24,094 bases of DNA from positions 1 to 24,094 of the IMG/VR virus record IMGVR_UViG_3300014914_000538. One strand, 5' to 3'. The translations under genes and the position numbers were made by a program. Position 1 is the first letter of the stretch, and every line of letters starts with the position of its first letter. Below are positions 23,817 through 24,094 of the stretch, one piece after another. This DNA comes from a virus. The notes under the pieces are model-generated. The model searched no databases and was not told where the DNA came from. It saw only the letters and a list, made by a program, of their open reading frames with translations.

Positions 23817-23827
23817 TTTAAATAAAA
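23817..23827 (+). promoter_or_regulatory. Archaeal TATA-box-like element TTTAAATAAAA
   Basis: Intergenic, 34-44 nt upstream of ATG 23861, with a GGTGA SD at 23848-23852. Confidence 0.6.
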
Positions 23828-23860
23828 CTTTGCTCCTTTTAATGTTAGGTGAAAAAGAGA

Positions 23861-24094
23861 ATGCCTGTCTATAAAGGTTGGAATGCAAAAATCTACAAGG
23901 ATGATGTAGAAATAGGGCATGCAGATTCAGCATCTGTTGAAATAGCTACTAATCTAGAAGCTTTCTATCAAATAGGTGGTAGACAACCAACTGATCTAGT
24001 CGAAGGGAATGAAGAGGTCACAGGATCTCTTTCTAAAGCTTGGGTCAATAAAACATACCTTCAACTAGTAACTGGTAGTGGATCTCTTAATGAG
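23861..24094 (+). CDS. Tail tube protein paralogue 3 (3'-truncated, not in the ORF track)
   Basis: My translation is MPVYKGWNAKIYKDDVEIGHADSASVEIATNLEAFYQIGGRQPTDLVEGNEEVTGSLSKAWVNKTYLQLVTGSGSLNE, open to the window end and aligning with both upstream paralogues. Confidence 0.8.
   Translation, partial: MPVYKGWNAKIYKDDVEIGHADSASVEIATNLEAFYQIGGRQPTDLVEGNEEVTGSLSKAWVNKTYLQLVTGSGSLNE

Larger units (their letters stand above)
1..24094 (+). mobile_element. Segment of a tailed archaeal virus/provirus genome (head, neck, tail and accessory morphogenesis module)
   Basis: All credible genes lie on the + strand, with tight or overlapping junctions (TAATG, ATGA). The run includes prohead protease, HK97-like capsid, head-tail connector and tail-tube genes. 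GGTGA SD motifs and TTAAATA boxes suggest archaeal expression signals. No boundaries, att sites or integrase are visible, so free virus versus provirus is unresolved. Confidence 0.9.

Noticed and set aside
1-24094. CRISPR array, tRNA/rRNA genes, diversity-generating retroelement, integrase or att sites
   Set aside because: No regularly spaced direct repeats, cloverleaf-like sequence, reverse transcriptase, template/variable repeat pair or recombinase motif was seen by eye. Intergenic space is too short for most of these.

Overview
The window is one + strand gene run from the virion-morphogenesis region of a tailed (HK97-fold, Caudoviricetes-type) virus or provirus. GGTGA ribosome-binding motifs, TTAAATA TATA-like boxes in the larger intergenic gaps and a DUF2153-like gene point to an archaeal host, and the Lys/Glu-rich proteins suggest a thermophile. 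Gene order: three appendage/adhesin-like proteins, a BppU-like Ig protein, a DUF2153-like protein, two large multidomain enzymes, an Ig-like protein, a SPOUT methyltransferase, a mosaic set of structural proteins, protease-scaffold, mini-scaffold, major capsid protein, four head-tail joining proteins and three tail-tube paralogues (the last truncated and missing from the ORF track). Terminase and portal are not in the window. The best candidate for a new system is the enzyme pair at 4608-10488. One protein carries an MBL hydrolase, ASCH, helical repeats, a Pol-beta-like nucleotidyltransferase and an ATP-dependent ligase. The other carries three LigD-type 3'-phosphoesterase domains. Most of their domain boundaries have a short x-x-Leu-Ser/Ala motif, which also occurs at the end of the prohead protease domain and at the capsid protein N-terminus. 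I infer a capsid-packaged, protease-processed nucleic-acid end-repair kit. All family assignments come from motif recognition by eye; no searches were run.
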